Source: Antedon mediterranea (taxonomy: Eukaryota; Animalia; Echinodermata). From it: a DNA stretch of 64,000 nucleotides. The stretch's first letter is position 1; each line of letters starts with the position of its first letter. A program made the translations under genes and the position numbers. Shown one piece after another: positions 25,743-39,300 of the stretch. The notes beneath the pieces were generated by a model. It did no database searches. It was not told the DNA's origin and worked only from the letters and a program-made list of their open reading frames with translations. The DNA is taken from the NCBI RefSeq assembly GCF_964355755.1, contig NC_092675.1:25578912-25642911 (forward strand), in the 5' to 3' direction.

Positions 25743-26639
25743 CACCACCAATGTTGTCTTCTGGCTGTTGTTTATTGAATCTTCTTTTTAAATGATCATA
25801 CTTGTAAGCTGTTATTCAAATCTATGAATGGCAATAAAAAATAGCTAATATAATAAAAATTGTTTGTGTGGAAAATAGTAATATTTATGTTTGTGTATAA
25901 ACTTAGCCAACGCAATATTACAGGACTTTTTATTAATAGTAGAAGTAGGCCCTAGTAGGGTGGGCCTCTAGTGTATTATGAAATACAAAATTTCAAATTG
26001 CCTAAACTAAATAAATACTTGCTTGTATTGTACAATTTAAAACTGAAGAGCTAAATTAAAATTGTACTAGGCCTAGGCTATGTATTGTAATTTTAAAAAA
26101 GCTTTATGCCTACTACCTCAGTAACATCGATTCGATCCTAGGCTAGGCCCTTATCTTATGTCTATGATGAGGCTAGAGTACTACTACTATGCCTAGGCTA
26201 GCTGCGCCTATATAGTATAAGCCTACTAGCTAGGCCTAGACCTAGCTTAGGCTATACGTACTACTTGTAGGCCTACTGCCTCGAAGCTCATATCTAGCCT
26301 ATTTTATAGGTCTGGTGGTTTACATAATTCATACACCTAACGTGTTCACCTTATGCAATCAACAAATATCTTGACCTGCATGTATGAATTGTATTATTAA
26401 AAATAATAAGTTGACGTAGCAGCCTCCACGAAACCAACTTTGACGAAACCAAAACAAGTAGTCTAATTAGCATAGCGCCCTCAGTTTTAGCACGACCACC
26501 ACACACTGCGGCGGGCCGATCAAAGATTTGAGGTACAGTATAATAATGTTATAAAAAACTTTACTTGACAACCACTTTTGGATCAGTGGCAACACACTCA
26601 GTAGTGGTGCAGTAAATGTAAAACATTTAATAAATTAAA

Positions 26640-27112
26640 AAAAAGGTCCACTTTTTTAGGCCTGACATTTATAACCCTCAAAATATCTCTCTTTCAAAAT
26701 AAAAGAAAAACAATATTCATTATTTTCCATTAAAAAATATTCCGTAGAGGTTCGAACCCAATCTACTAGAGCTGAGAGCATTCAAACTTGAGCATTACCC
26801 GTTACGCCACGTATTACATGACTGGACAGCTGATAATAGTGTATTTATTGTCGAGGTTTTATGGCAGTCTATTTATTCGCAAATAATGCAATGCAACTTT
26901 GTTTCTGAATTTAAAAAAGGTCCACTTGATTAGGCCTGGCATTTACAACCCTCAAAATATCTCCCTTTCAAAATAAAAGAAAAACATTATTCATTATTTT
27001 CCATTAAAAAAAAAAATTTCGTAGAGGTTCGAACCCAATCTACTACAGCACCCAAACCTGAGCATTTACGACAAAGTAGTACAGGGCTGGACAGCTGATA
27101 ATAGTCTATTTA
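26640..27112 (-). repeat. Two ~275-bp tandem units, each containing a tRNA-like (A/B box) relic
   Basis: AAAAAGGTCCACTT...CTCAAAATATCTC...GTAGAGGTTCGAACCCAATCTACT...CTGGACAGCTGATAATAGT occurs twice; the minus strand of copy 1 has TGGCGTAACGG, GGTTCGAACC and then a T-run. Confidence 0.75.
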
Positions 27113-28110
27113 TACGTGTATTACGTAATTCATCATTACATCATAAATATCATATTAACCTTGATAAAACCAAAATGATCAGTTAGCTCAGTCGCCTTGA
27201 CAACACGCATGTCGTAGGTTTGATTCCACGCTGGTCGATGGAATAGAGTTAAAGGTATGCGACCAACTGTGTTTGAGGTTTCACAGAAATATACGCCCCT
27301 CTCCCCCCGTCACCACACATCATGAGGCGACAACATCAATGCATCTGGTGATGGTATGATGTGCTGGAAACGACCACAAAATGCTGTGGCAGGGCCTTAG
27401 TGCTGAGGCAGGGAGAGCACATTAAACATCTTTTTACATTAAAAAAAAATCTGTATTCCATGTCGTAAATGTTATGTTTGCTGCCCTCAATTGTAAAAGA
27501 AATTGAATTTATTATTTTCATCGCAGGTGTACGACATGGTATGCTGTGCGTTGTTATGCAATAGTTGTGCAGGTGTAGTGGGAAAGATGGCATTGTTAGT
27601 CATTCACGGTCAACATGCCACACTGTTAAATTTTAGATTTTGTTAATCAATGTTGCTACATTTGTAACGAAAATGTCCGATACATGCTTGATATTGTATT
27701 GTAATAAATTATGTTATTAATAAACGTTTTTGGTAGTTGGTGTGTATGTACATCGTCCCAGAATAAACACATGTTTTAAACAGATAGTTTGTCTCCGATG
27801 GTTTTTGTATGGGGTTAATGGAGAGTGAAATAAGATCAAATATAGAAAATTTGCAAATACGCCGATTTCTAGACCAATTTCGAAGCTTAGACTAATTCCG
27901 CCGCCGGGCTAGGCCTTATGCATATACGAAGTCGAGTTTTTAAAGTAGAAAACCCCACCTAAAATGTTGAAGTCGCGTCTGGATAGTTGAAATTTTAACA
28001 TTATCATAATTATCATAGGTGATTATGTATAGTAATAAGTATAAGTATAAGTGCAATTCTGGGCTTTATTTTCATTAGGCCTATTAGACCTGCCCCAACA
28101 ATGGTGGACA

Positions 28111-28220
28111 AGTACTGGAGACTTAATATTTCAATGAATAGGTGCACTTTTCGGGGACACTAAATAGTACTGGAGACTTAATATTTCAATGAATAGGGGC
28201 ACTTTCCGGGGACACTAAAT
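28111..28220. repeat. Direct duplication of about 56 bp
   Basis: AGTACTGGAGACTTAATATTTCAATGAATAGG..CACTTT.CGGGGACACTAAAT occurs twice. Confidence 0.85.
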
Positions 28221-28359
28221 AAGTATTTTATCTTAGACAAACGCAAGTTATTAAAATCACTGATATGGCTTGAAACTAATTTTTCTTTTGCATTACGGAT
28301 GGAGTAACCGATATTGAACCTATATAACAAGTTTGAAGTATTTTTTCTCGCTGTATTCC

Positions 28360-28997
28360 ACCATTGGCGCCAAATTGAATCCACTGGAGCACAGTGTATT
28401 AACATACGAAAAGATATTAACATTCAGTGACTTATTTCTATGTTTTATCACTGTGCTCCACTGGTGCCAATGTTTCCACTTGAGCACAGTGTATTAACAT
28501 ACGATCGAAAAGATATTGAAATTGAATTGTGACTTTATTTATATTTTATATCACTGTGCTCCACTGTCGCCAAATTGGGTCCACTTGAGCACAGTATTTT
28601 AACATACGAAAAGATATTAAAATTAAATGACTTTATTACTATTTTTTATATCACTGTGCTTCACTGGGCCAAATTGTGTCCACTTGAGCACAGTGTATTG
28701 ACATACGAAAAGATATTAAAACTTCAAATTAGGTCCACTTGAGTGTTTTAACATACGAAAAGATATTACAATTAAATGACGTTATTTCTATTTTATATCA
28801 CTGTGCTCCAATGAGGCCAAATTAGGTCCACTTGAGCACAGTGTATTGACATACGAAAAGATTGAAACTTAAGTGACTTTATTTCTATTTTATATCACTC
28901 TGTGCTCCCCTGGTGACAAATTGTGTCCACTTGAGCACAGTGCATTAACATACGAAAAGATATTAAAATTTAGTGACTTTATTTCTATTTTATATCA
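28360..28997. repeat. Tandem array of about 7 units of 95-105 bp (some truncated), full units carrying an internal inverted repeat
   Basis: CCACTTGAGCACAGTGTATTAACATACGAAAAGATATT...TATCACTGTGCTCCACTGG units start at about 28381, 28476, 28581, 28680, 28735, 28828 and 28927. Confidence 0.9.
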
Positions 28998-29264
28998 TGG
29001 TTATACAAAAGTACGATACTATTTTGAAGGCATGTTTAGAATTTTATATATCAGCCAACAGACTTGTAATATCCCAAAAATGTATTGTTAACTACGGTAA
29101 TATATACTCAATATTATAATATAATTATTATATTAGAATAAATTATTATTAGAACTTGGGAGGAGAACCTTAAGGGGAGATCGTGACTTTAAAGTAACAA
29201 CTCTTCCCATGAGTAACGTTTTTAGAAAAAAACATATTACTAAGTTCAAAACAATACAAGCTAA

Positions 29265-29408
29265 AGCTCTGTCTACACTATCAAAGTGTATGTGACAAAA
29301 ATGTGTGATGTGCTCAAATATGGTAGCGATATGCCCAAATACGGTAGTGATATGACATCGTGTCCATATAGGCATCACATTTTTTGTCACATAAAGTTTT
29401 ATAGTGTC
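29265..29408. mobile_element. Harbinger-like MITE copy
   Basis: AGCTCTGTCTACACTATCAAAG...TTTGTCACATAAAGTTTTATAGTGT. Confidence 0.75.
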
Positions 29409-30395
29409 TCAGAAAGAAATCATGGTTTTATTCTTCGTTCGTTTGTGCTCATGTTTTAGCTATATGAATAGCATGAATTGTTTAAATTTATCGTAAATAG
29501 GTCTCAGCACCAAATGTAAATATCCGTGTTTATGAAGTACATGAACTTCTGGTGGCAATTACACTTACCTTAATCAATTTAAAGAAAAAGACGAAAATTA
29601 TTTATGAATTAAGTAGCATTGTGCGCTTATTGAAAGCAATATTGGACAAAGGGCACATATCAAGAACTTTAAACTGCACGGTGTCGCAGTGTTTCTTTTG
29701 TTGCGGATTTTGATGAATATTAGTGACTTATCTAGAGCGTCCATTAATAAGTTTGATCAGGGGAAGAGTGGTGATGTATGATGCGTGGAAATAATGACTA
29801 TGCCTAATTTGTAATAACTGAAATCAGTTTGCCATTAAAATAACAGTAGGAATGGGTCATTGTTTATACATTGCATACATTAGTACAATATTTATACACT
29901 ATATACATCCTTTTTTGTCGTTCTCTTGGTTAATATCGAATAGCTATTATCACCCATACTACCCCCGCATGCCTCAAATGTATATAAGTTATTGAAAAAT
30001 AGTAACAATCTCTATCCATGCCTTGGGATAGGCCTACACCAGGCACTTAAATAAATTTAACACACTTCATTAAAAATCAAGTTAAATTTGACTAGGAAAA
30101 CCTTCCTACGAAATAATTCATCTTTGTTGCATTTTCAAACCATTCATTTAATAATAATGAGTAAAGGTTTCATTTCTTTAAAAAAATTGAGCCATCTATA
30201 TCCTAACAATTCGTTCAACATTTCATTCGAAAATGTGCCTTATCAATGTGAAATTATTGCTATTTTTAAATATATGTTTAAATATATGTTTAAAAACATT
30301 ATTCTCCAATTTGATATGAACATTATTGACTTGCTAATAATAATATTGATTAGTCTAATTATTAGATCAGATTTTAAAGTTATCTCTACTTTATT

Positions 30396-33300
30396 TTATG
30401 TTCCAAATGTTAATGTAATAGAAAGTAAGCAGAAAGTAAATAGGAGTTGAGACACCGATCGCACATTGGCACGTGACGATGAAGGTAGAGCTGAAGCCAT
30501 GTCTCCAACTTGAGGACAGATTCTTTTTTCTAAAGAAACAAAGATTGAGAAAATTAATTTATTATTATACATTATAGACAGTCGGTAATATAGTCCCATG
30601 TAGTGTATTGTGTATTTAGTTGTACATGCATGAATATGTTTGGTCGTTTCCACTGCGGCATCACCTTGTGCTTTCACATTGAGTATATTATTAATTATAG
30701 GCCTACCAGGAAAGTACTATTGTACTATTAATTGTTACTTGGTTGTTTATCTTTGTCAGAAAAAACGAATGACCCCATTGGAAATAAGTCCCACATCGGG
30801 ACTTTCATGGGATATCCTGCATCTCTGTATTTGTCTTTTTAAATGTAAATTGTATATATCTTGTTTCATAAACTTTGTGTTTTTTTTAGATGCTAATAAA
30901 TAAATCAACATCAAATCAGATACTACCTGGTGTTAGCGATTTCTCTTTTGAAGTTTCTTCTACCAATAACTCTACAAAGATACGTATAAGAATACAACTT
31001 TTTGGAAATGGTATATTATTAGTCCCGACACTATGCAATTCAGAATATATGTGAATGGCGGTTTCTATTATTTTATATTTATTACATCATTTTGTGTTAT
31101 CAAGCAGCCTGGATGTTCAACAAGTTGACATTTCAATTAATAAACAAAATACTATTTCCATACATGGGCAATTTATTCGATGATAAATTATTCCAATATC
31201 CAACGATCGATTACCTATTGGCATATTTTTCAAAAAGTGCCCTCTAAATGTGAACTTAGCCTACCTGTCGTTATGAAATATATCGGGGTTGATTCATCAC
31301 TTTCTCCAAAATCGTTGGTAGAAGAGACAGTAGCTTTATAGCTCCAATCAGGGTGAAGATTCTCAATGTAATATTCGTAAACAGATGATTTCGTAGGAAT
31401 AGCACCCTTACTTATATATTTTATGACTTGTTGACCTTCCTTTTAAAAACAATTAAAATTATGTTATTTATGTTATATACGAAGCACAAGCACATAGGCA
31501 TATTCAAACAATTATATTTCAATTATTGGTTTTGTATTTATACTTTTACTTGAAGTTGAACATTTTGTATCTTTCGGTTGGAAATTACCAGTAGGCCTAA
31601 AGACTAAAGACGAAAACACGACAATTCATTAACATTAAATACAAACTTACCCCTGTTTGCCAAACATATTGATATTTGATGATGAATCCATTTATTGGAA
31701 TAACATTTCGATGACTTTCTTCAACCCTTTTCGACGCTTTCCATCGCAACAAATAACGAGTAGACCACGAACTGATGACAGAGGAAACTATTGTAGGCGT
31801 CGTTGGTGTTCCTTATTACAATAAAATGCAAAAGAAAAAATGTTAGCAAAATAGAACTCATTTGACGATGTTGCCTTCAGAAATCATTTATTTTCAGTGT
31901 AAAAGTATAGTACAAGATGAGAAATGCAAGGAAGCGAATCGATCCTTCCTCATTCAGAAATTATATTAATGAAAATAAAATAAGAACAAAATGTTAAATG
32001 CTGCATTGTTCCTGTTGTCACCTTTACACTTACCGGTTAATACAATGTTCACATCTGTATACCCAACATCATTGGTTACCCTGCAAGTGAAGTTTCCATA
32101 ATGCCTTGCTTCTATTTTGGATATACACAGCCTAAAAGGATCCAATACAATATATTTAAATAGAAGACTTCTATACTCAGTCCAAATAGCACACATTCAT
32201 GTTTTGCTGATAAAGTCAAAATCTTCGAAACTTGTAAATTTTGAATAGGTTTATGCAATGTTGAGTTAGAAGATTCAACATGGCAAACAATGCATCTCTT
32301 TTCATGCGTACATAACAAAAATAAAGAGGAAATAGAATATTCTGTTGACAGAGGCCTTTTGATGTTCATTCTAGAAATCAAAAGCTTGCCTGTGATGTAG
32401 GCCTACTGTAGTTGTACCTGTTTTGATTTTTCTGAATTTTAGTTCTTTTTTTGTGTGTGCACCTCCCCAATGCCCAACTAGCCACTGTAGTCTGACGACA
32501 TTTTGTATTAATTTTGTAAAGCACAGCGGAGAAGATAGAATCTAAGATGTGCATGTACGTCTTCTTTTAAGACGCCACCGGATTCAGAGTTGTGTACTCA
32601 ATGTGATTACCTTGTTCGCTTTTCGTCACCAGTTATTGAAATACCTGGTTGACGATTTGAAAGCACCGTAGTGTTCTGAAACCATGTAACTGCATCAGGT
32701 ACGGGAAAAGCGTCGATACAACAGGCCATGCAAACATATCTTCCAATACCACTACGATAGAGCTGTCGGCTAGGTTTTATTCGCGGCTTATCTGCAGTAA
32801 TAATACTAGTTTAGGTTATCTAATTCAATATTTAATTCATCTATACTGTTTTAATGAATATTAAAAAGGTCTCTATAATGAGTGTGATGTTCTTAAAAGT
32901 GTTGATGGAAAAAAACAGGCCATTGTAAATACATTATTGCCACCAATAGTGTACAAATACGTCCCTAATTTGAATCCAAATGATCAATACCGGTACTACT
33001 AGCTAGACAAATATACATTTCCACATATCTAGAAGAGTAGTTATTCGAGACACTTAACACGTACATTTGATTATAAGTTTGACAATCTGCCTGTCACCTT
33101 CGGCGTCGTTTAGGTGGTTAGCTGCTGTGCATACATAATCACCAGTATCCTCTACTTTTACGTTCCAAATTCGTGCTACACCTTGACCACAGTCTTTGAA
33201 TCGTGTATCATTGAGTTCTTTTTGTAGGTTTGTCCGATGCCAAGTGACTGTCGGTGACGGCTTACCGTCTGCTATACAGAACAACACTACGTCTCTTGAC

Positions 33301-36300
33301 TCTTTGAAATACCTTGCGTTTGGATCCTTTGAACCAAGAGTCCGAGTGCTCATCGGTTCAATTTGAATAATTTTTCCAGGAGCTGAAAATATAAGAGCAG
33401 TTTCCATCTCGATATTAAAACTTTACGATTGAATACTATGCTAAGAAATACTTCGCAACCCACCATCACACTATACAGCTGATATCTCTAGCGACAATAA
33501 GCAGCTTGCACTATCGCTTTTTCTGACAGCAAACTTCATCCCATATTGGATAATGTATGCGTATCTACTCGTCTGCCTATTTTTCTTTTACTCTTTTTTC
33601 AATGGTTTAAGCGTGGTTCCCACTAGACGTAATTGACGCAAGGTGCTGTATTGCATAATCACAAGTGGGAACCGACGACGCAATAGTACTGCAAACATCG
33701 CAGGTTTGAGTTCATGCAGGCGGGGGACAAACACAATGATTGAAAGGGCATTTTCTTACGGTGCGTGTCTACTCTTTCTCTTTTAATCTTGTTTCAATGT
33801 TTTACTATGGATTAATGAATGAATAATGAATATTCATTAATCCATGGGTTTACTAACTCAATTTCGTAATTAACCGGGACTTTCGGGTTATTACTAAAAC
33901 ACTAATTGTAATTGTTTTTTCTGATTATGTCAATCTACACTTTTTTTTACACAATATTTGTTATGGTATATATTGCTAGGAAACGTCTATACCTAAAACA
34001 TCAACGGTAATCGTGCTTCTCTGGCGCTGGTCAATGTAACATGTATAGTTTCCAGCATCATGTACGGTAATAGATCGTAGAATCAAATTGTTAACACCAT
34101 TTGCAATGTCATATTCCAAGTGAATGTCTCGCTGTGTTGATATTAGCTCATTATCAAACGTCAGCACTATAATATAATTAGATAATGCATTGAGTTTCTA
34201 CTGATTAATCTCTAGCTACCTTAGAAACAAATTTAAATACAAATGTAATAACAAGAAAAGAAAAAATATTGAAATGAAAGTAGTAGATAATGAGAATTGA
34301 AGATAAAAAAGTATTATAATGATGTTTAACTCATTCTGATAGGATGTTGAGTAAAAGTTATAACGACGATAGGATGTGGAAATATTGTGACAAATACAAT
34401 GGCGTTAAAACATAATAAGAATAAGGTAAAATTAAAACAAGTACACGTACATTCAACGTTGTTATGAAACCACGTTGCAGCAAAATTGCCAGAAGTTCCA
34501 GTAGGCATCGTGCAATATAAAATAGCACTTTCACCTGTTGGCACTGTGATTTTCATAGGAGGACAACTTGAGTCCTGGCAATCTTTGGAGAAAACTATAG
34601 TGAAATTAAAAATATGATATTAAAGATTAAGATAATTCTAATAGCAAAATAAGCTTAAAAAATGGGGCGGTACTCTTGTACAAAAAAGTAATAGTTATTG
34701 GCCTTTTTAATTTTCTGTGGAAAGCAGTACACTTTCAATTGTTTTACCTACAATTTTCAATGTATTTCTATCGTGCATTATATTTGATTATTTTCAATTT
34801 GATATTTTAAAATTTCAAAAACTAGATTTGATACTAAAATAAATTTAAAAACGACGATGATTTGTAAACCGACCTTTTAGAGTGGTCTCCAACGGTGTAG
34901 CTGAACTTGTATTTGACATTTCTGCACAAGAAAGGAATGTACACAATTACATTATAAATGGGCTACGTCACCATATTTCTGAATCATAGTAGGTAGAATG
35001 TAGAATTAATGAATGCAGAGAATACCAAACGTAGAAAAATGAAACAACTGTGAAAAAGGATATGCTCTTAAGGCAGTGTGGTCCCTTGGTACTTAAAAAA
35101 TCGTTGGTGCACAATCTATCCCAGACTCCGTGTATTATTTATATGAAAACTAATTTACAGAGTTTGATACCTGTTGATGTTCTAATCGTGGATTCATAGA
35201 GCTCTAATCTGGAATTGATCTTCTCTTGTTTATACGCTTCTAATTGTTCGGTCAGCTCGAGACATCGTGTTTTTAGTGCTTTGTCATCTCCATCAGTGGC
35301 TACAGCTGCTTTAGAACATTTATCACTAACAGTGTAAGAATTTGAACCTTGAGTTAGTTCTGTCAGAGCAATAGCTTCTACTGCTAAAATATAAAAACAA
35401 TAAACGACATTAAAGTACGGATACGGATTTAGAATCGGTTTTGATAAAAATGATTTCATGGTGACATATTATGTCTTAATCCGTGACGTATAACCGGTAT
35501 CCCCTCAGATTTTAATTGACTTGAAATTGATCATCTATTTTCTAATTTATTGATACTAATTCAAATCAAGAAAATTGAGGTGTTTTTGTTCGCCAAATGT
35601 GTGTGTTCCTTAAGTTTGTTAAATTGAGTGAAGTTGAAATGTAACTCTGAAAAGCCTTGAACAACAAAATAATTTATATACATCATAAAAAAATGGGCTT
35701 AATTATGACTCTTTAATGTCTTTATGGCAGACCTAAACTTGTGTTTAATATTGTCGATCAGCACGTCAATACCGGCTCTGATTAGTTCCCGATCATTAAC
35801 TCTGCTCCTCAAAGTCGAGCTAAGCGTCAACCAACAAGTAAATTGAGAATATAAAAAAATAAGCGTATCCGTGACGTAGTGATTGCAATGAGTATCCAAC
35901 TGACTGAAACCGTCAAGTGTCAATCATTCATTTCTTCTTTCTATGTTGACATTGTTCACAATTATTAAGACCAAAACGAGAATATAATTAGTATTAGGAC
36001 TACTTGAAATCTTGATGAAATTTGTTTGGTATTCGTTAATGGTGGCCATAGATTTTCAGACTTATTTTGACCACCATCCTCCTCATAACATTTATAAATG
36101 TATATAGATTTACTAAAATAATGTATTTAATGTGGGAAAACAGTATACCGTAATAAACAATCAATAAACAAACAAAGAAAGAATAGTTATGTTAAGAAGC
36201 AGCAAAATGAAAATAGTTCATTCATTCTTAATGTTTTCTACGGTTTGTTTCCATTTTTGTTTGTTTCGGGCAAGATGGTGGAAATAAATCAACGTTAGGC

Positions 36301-39300
36301 TACATCATGTATATTAATTTATACACCTATATCTTGTTAATTATTTCTTAATCAATCATCGATTGCCTCTCTCATATAATAATTTAGCTAATAATAATCC
36401 TTCTATTGATATTTTCTATTTAAGTCTTAGTGCCTTTAAAACCTGTTTAAAACATTCACTACATTTTTAACCATCAGTTGTCACTTGCTAGTTCCCCTTA
36501 CTTTTTTAATACCGAGCGTTCATTTACCCTTACAAGTTTTTTAATTGTTTTTTCCATGTAACCATTTTTTGTCTTTCTGCCTGTTGTTTTCATCTTGTTG
36601 TTTTTTCTGTGTGTTTTGTTTCTGTTATTGGCCAATTGGTTGTTGGTAGTGTATGTGATATAAAATATATAAAATAAATATTAATATATGGAGGGAAAAG
36701 GGCTATCACAGCTCATATACATAATACACTATTGAAAGAAGAGTTAGTGGTAAGTGGTAAAGTACTGTTATACAAGTTGTTTGTTTTTTTAATTTAAACA
36801 TTAAAATCATATACAAGAAGAAACGACATATCTGCTTGGTCCTTAGCCTATTCAGAAAAAATGCTATCGCCTTCAACCCCAGTTGTATCTTTTACGATAT
36901 TGATAACTATGGAGGAATTACAAACTAATAACCAAGCATAACATAGCTTAACATTAGGGCATATACATTTTTTCTTGTTGTTGCTGCGAGACCATTAAAA
37001 AGGCTATATCATCTGAATTATGTTATTCTGCCTAAAATATGGTTTAATAAAAATAAACATGTTTTTTATACGGTTTACCATATTCGATATACCGGATCTT
37101 TCGATTGGGATCCTGCCTTCTTCTTTATTATTTCAAAGTTGTAATTATTCATATTGTTGTCTCTTTTTATTCCACCATTATAAATTATCTAAATCAAGTT
37201 ATTGTACATACACAGGGAGTAAATGAATGTTATGTTGATTGATTGGCTGGTTGATTGATTGATTGATCCCTACTAGAATCATGGAGCTATAGGCCTAGCT
37301 CCATGCTCGAATCTTCCGAATTTTAGAGAATGTTCTGTGGTGGTCCAGACCCGACACAACATGCGTTCTATGAATCGTCGCAAATCGAAATCTCTCTTTT
37401 ATATAAAAGAGCAAAATACATCTTTATACCTTGTGGAAAATTATACAAACATTAATTTGGTAAAGTTTAATCATTTCATCAGCATTTTTGTTATCAGTTA
37501 ACAGGAAATAAATTAACTAGGTGGTTTTCACTAATATGATTTGTACTTTCTGAGATTAAAAGTAATTTTTAGAAATATGACATCAAAATATTGATCGTAA
37601 TTGATATGTACATAATTATGATACTGATTTATTCTGCTTTTTATTCATCAACAATAGTAGGCCTATAATCATAAAAGCTGGAAATTGGTACGGTTCATTG
37701 TCATGAAGACAACGTACATCAAATCATAATTTAGTTTTTAATTTAATCCTAGACTGATGTCATATTTGTATTATTTTAGCTACAAACACGGAGAAATAAG
37801 TTTCTTCATGACTACGAACAGCCGAATTACAAATAGTTGTTAGAAAATGTGAGTAGACAAAAGCACAGAAATACTCTATCATTGTTCAACATGAATGTGT
37901 GTATTAAGATTACGTTAGAAGTAATTATGGGTGACCGTCTTAATTTTTAATTAATTTTCAATAACTAATTGCGAAAGAATCACTGTTTTCACAACTATAT
38001 TTCTAAAAATTTAATAAACTACAAACTTTAAGAGCGTTTAACAATTAAACATTGATGACCGTTTATCGATGCATGTAGAGCGACCATCATTATATGGCGC
38101 TTGTAAATCTGTGCAGGTCCCCTGCGTGACAGAAGTTTCAGAGTTGGATGCACATGAGTCAAGACATCATGTGATTAGCTATACTAATTATGCATAACGA
38201 ATAAGTGATTTCATATGTCGGGGTTTTGTCCTGGCCTTCGGTAATTTTACGATTAATGTTGTCTGTAATTCCCAAGCAAGGAGAATAAATAAACCTGCTA
38301 TTTCTTCATGCACTAAATAAAATAAAAATATTAAGGATTTCGTTTAGGCATGGATTATTTTTCATCAGCAAATCACTTTCGATCATCCTGAAAATTGTGA
38401 GGATGGGAAAAAGATGTACGTGTGCAGTGGAGTATCTGGGATTTGTAGGAGGGCTGTGGAGGGATGTAGGCCTATTGATGTGTGTATATATATATATATA
38501 AATCCAAAGGCAAATTACTGAAAAAATAACAATGCTGTGGGTATCAGTGGATTTGGGTATAGACCATTATATCACGTTAAAATCAGAGGCAAACTTATTG
38601 TTAGTTATTATGAAGCAGACATATTCATGAAATGTATACATGGTATCGTAAAAATTAAAGTGATTATTTTTCATACATTATTCATTAACAATTTGCAGTT
38701 AATTTGTTAGGTCTACCTTAGGTGAAGTTACTCCAACAGATAATGGAACTGCCAAAAATAGTTATGTGTTTTACTTTAACTGCACTTTTGCATAAAATAA
38801 TAAGAAACATAAAAAATCTCTAGTTATTAATTTTGTATCATATGCACAATAAAAGAATATGATGATGACACAAAATGAAGCCGACATGGTGGAAAGCAGC
38901 AATATTGTCGGCGAATAAATAACAATTTGCTTTCTAGGAAATATTACAAAGAACTCTAATAATTACCTTTTACCTTGAACAGACCGCTTGGGCAGTAATG
39001 TTAAAGATTCAATTTCTTTGCAATAAACTAGTTTGGTTAGTAAATTAAATTGATAACGTAGGCGGTCAAACAAGCACCATAAGGCCATTTTATATCAAGG
39101 TAAAGTCTTTGAATTAATTTACTCTGTAATCAAAATAAATGCTTATTTATGGATGGATACAACTTATTAATGTTTAAAAAAGGGTAATCGACAGTGCGTT
39201 CAGATAATTTAGACATAGTTAAAAATAATTGTTTTAAATAAGACCTTTTTAATATTGTAATTATTACTTTCATTTTGTGAAGTCAGTATGTCGTCGCTTA

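Noticed and set aside
25436-25795. 119-aa plus-strand ORF
   Set aside because: It is an antisense shadow of the ZIP coding exon with no recognisable motifs.
26110-26122. 12-nt match to let-7 (TGAGGTAGTAGG on the minus strand)
   Set aside because: The match stops after 12 nt, there is no precursor hairpin, and it lies in a TAGGC-rich low-complexity tract.
27181-27240. Possible tRNA gene (TAGCTCAGT...GGTTTGATTCC)
   Set aside because: No cloverleaf can be formed; it is probably a decayed SINE head.
28360-28997. CRISPR-like appearance of the tandem array
   Set aside because: The intervening segments are homologous to each other rather than unique spacers, the context is eukaryotic and there are no cas genes.
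34961-35470. Short inverted repeat (TACGTCACCAT / ATGGTGACATA) flanking Ig-gene exon 2 as a sign of TE-mediated exon capture
   Set aside because: Only about 11 bp with a mismatch, and no TSD or extended TIR.
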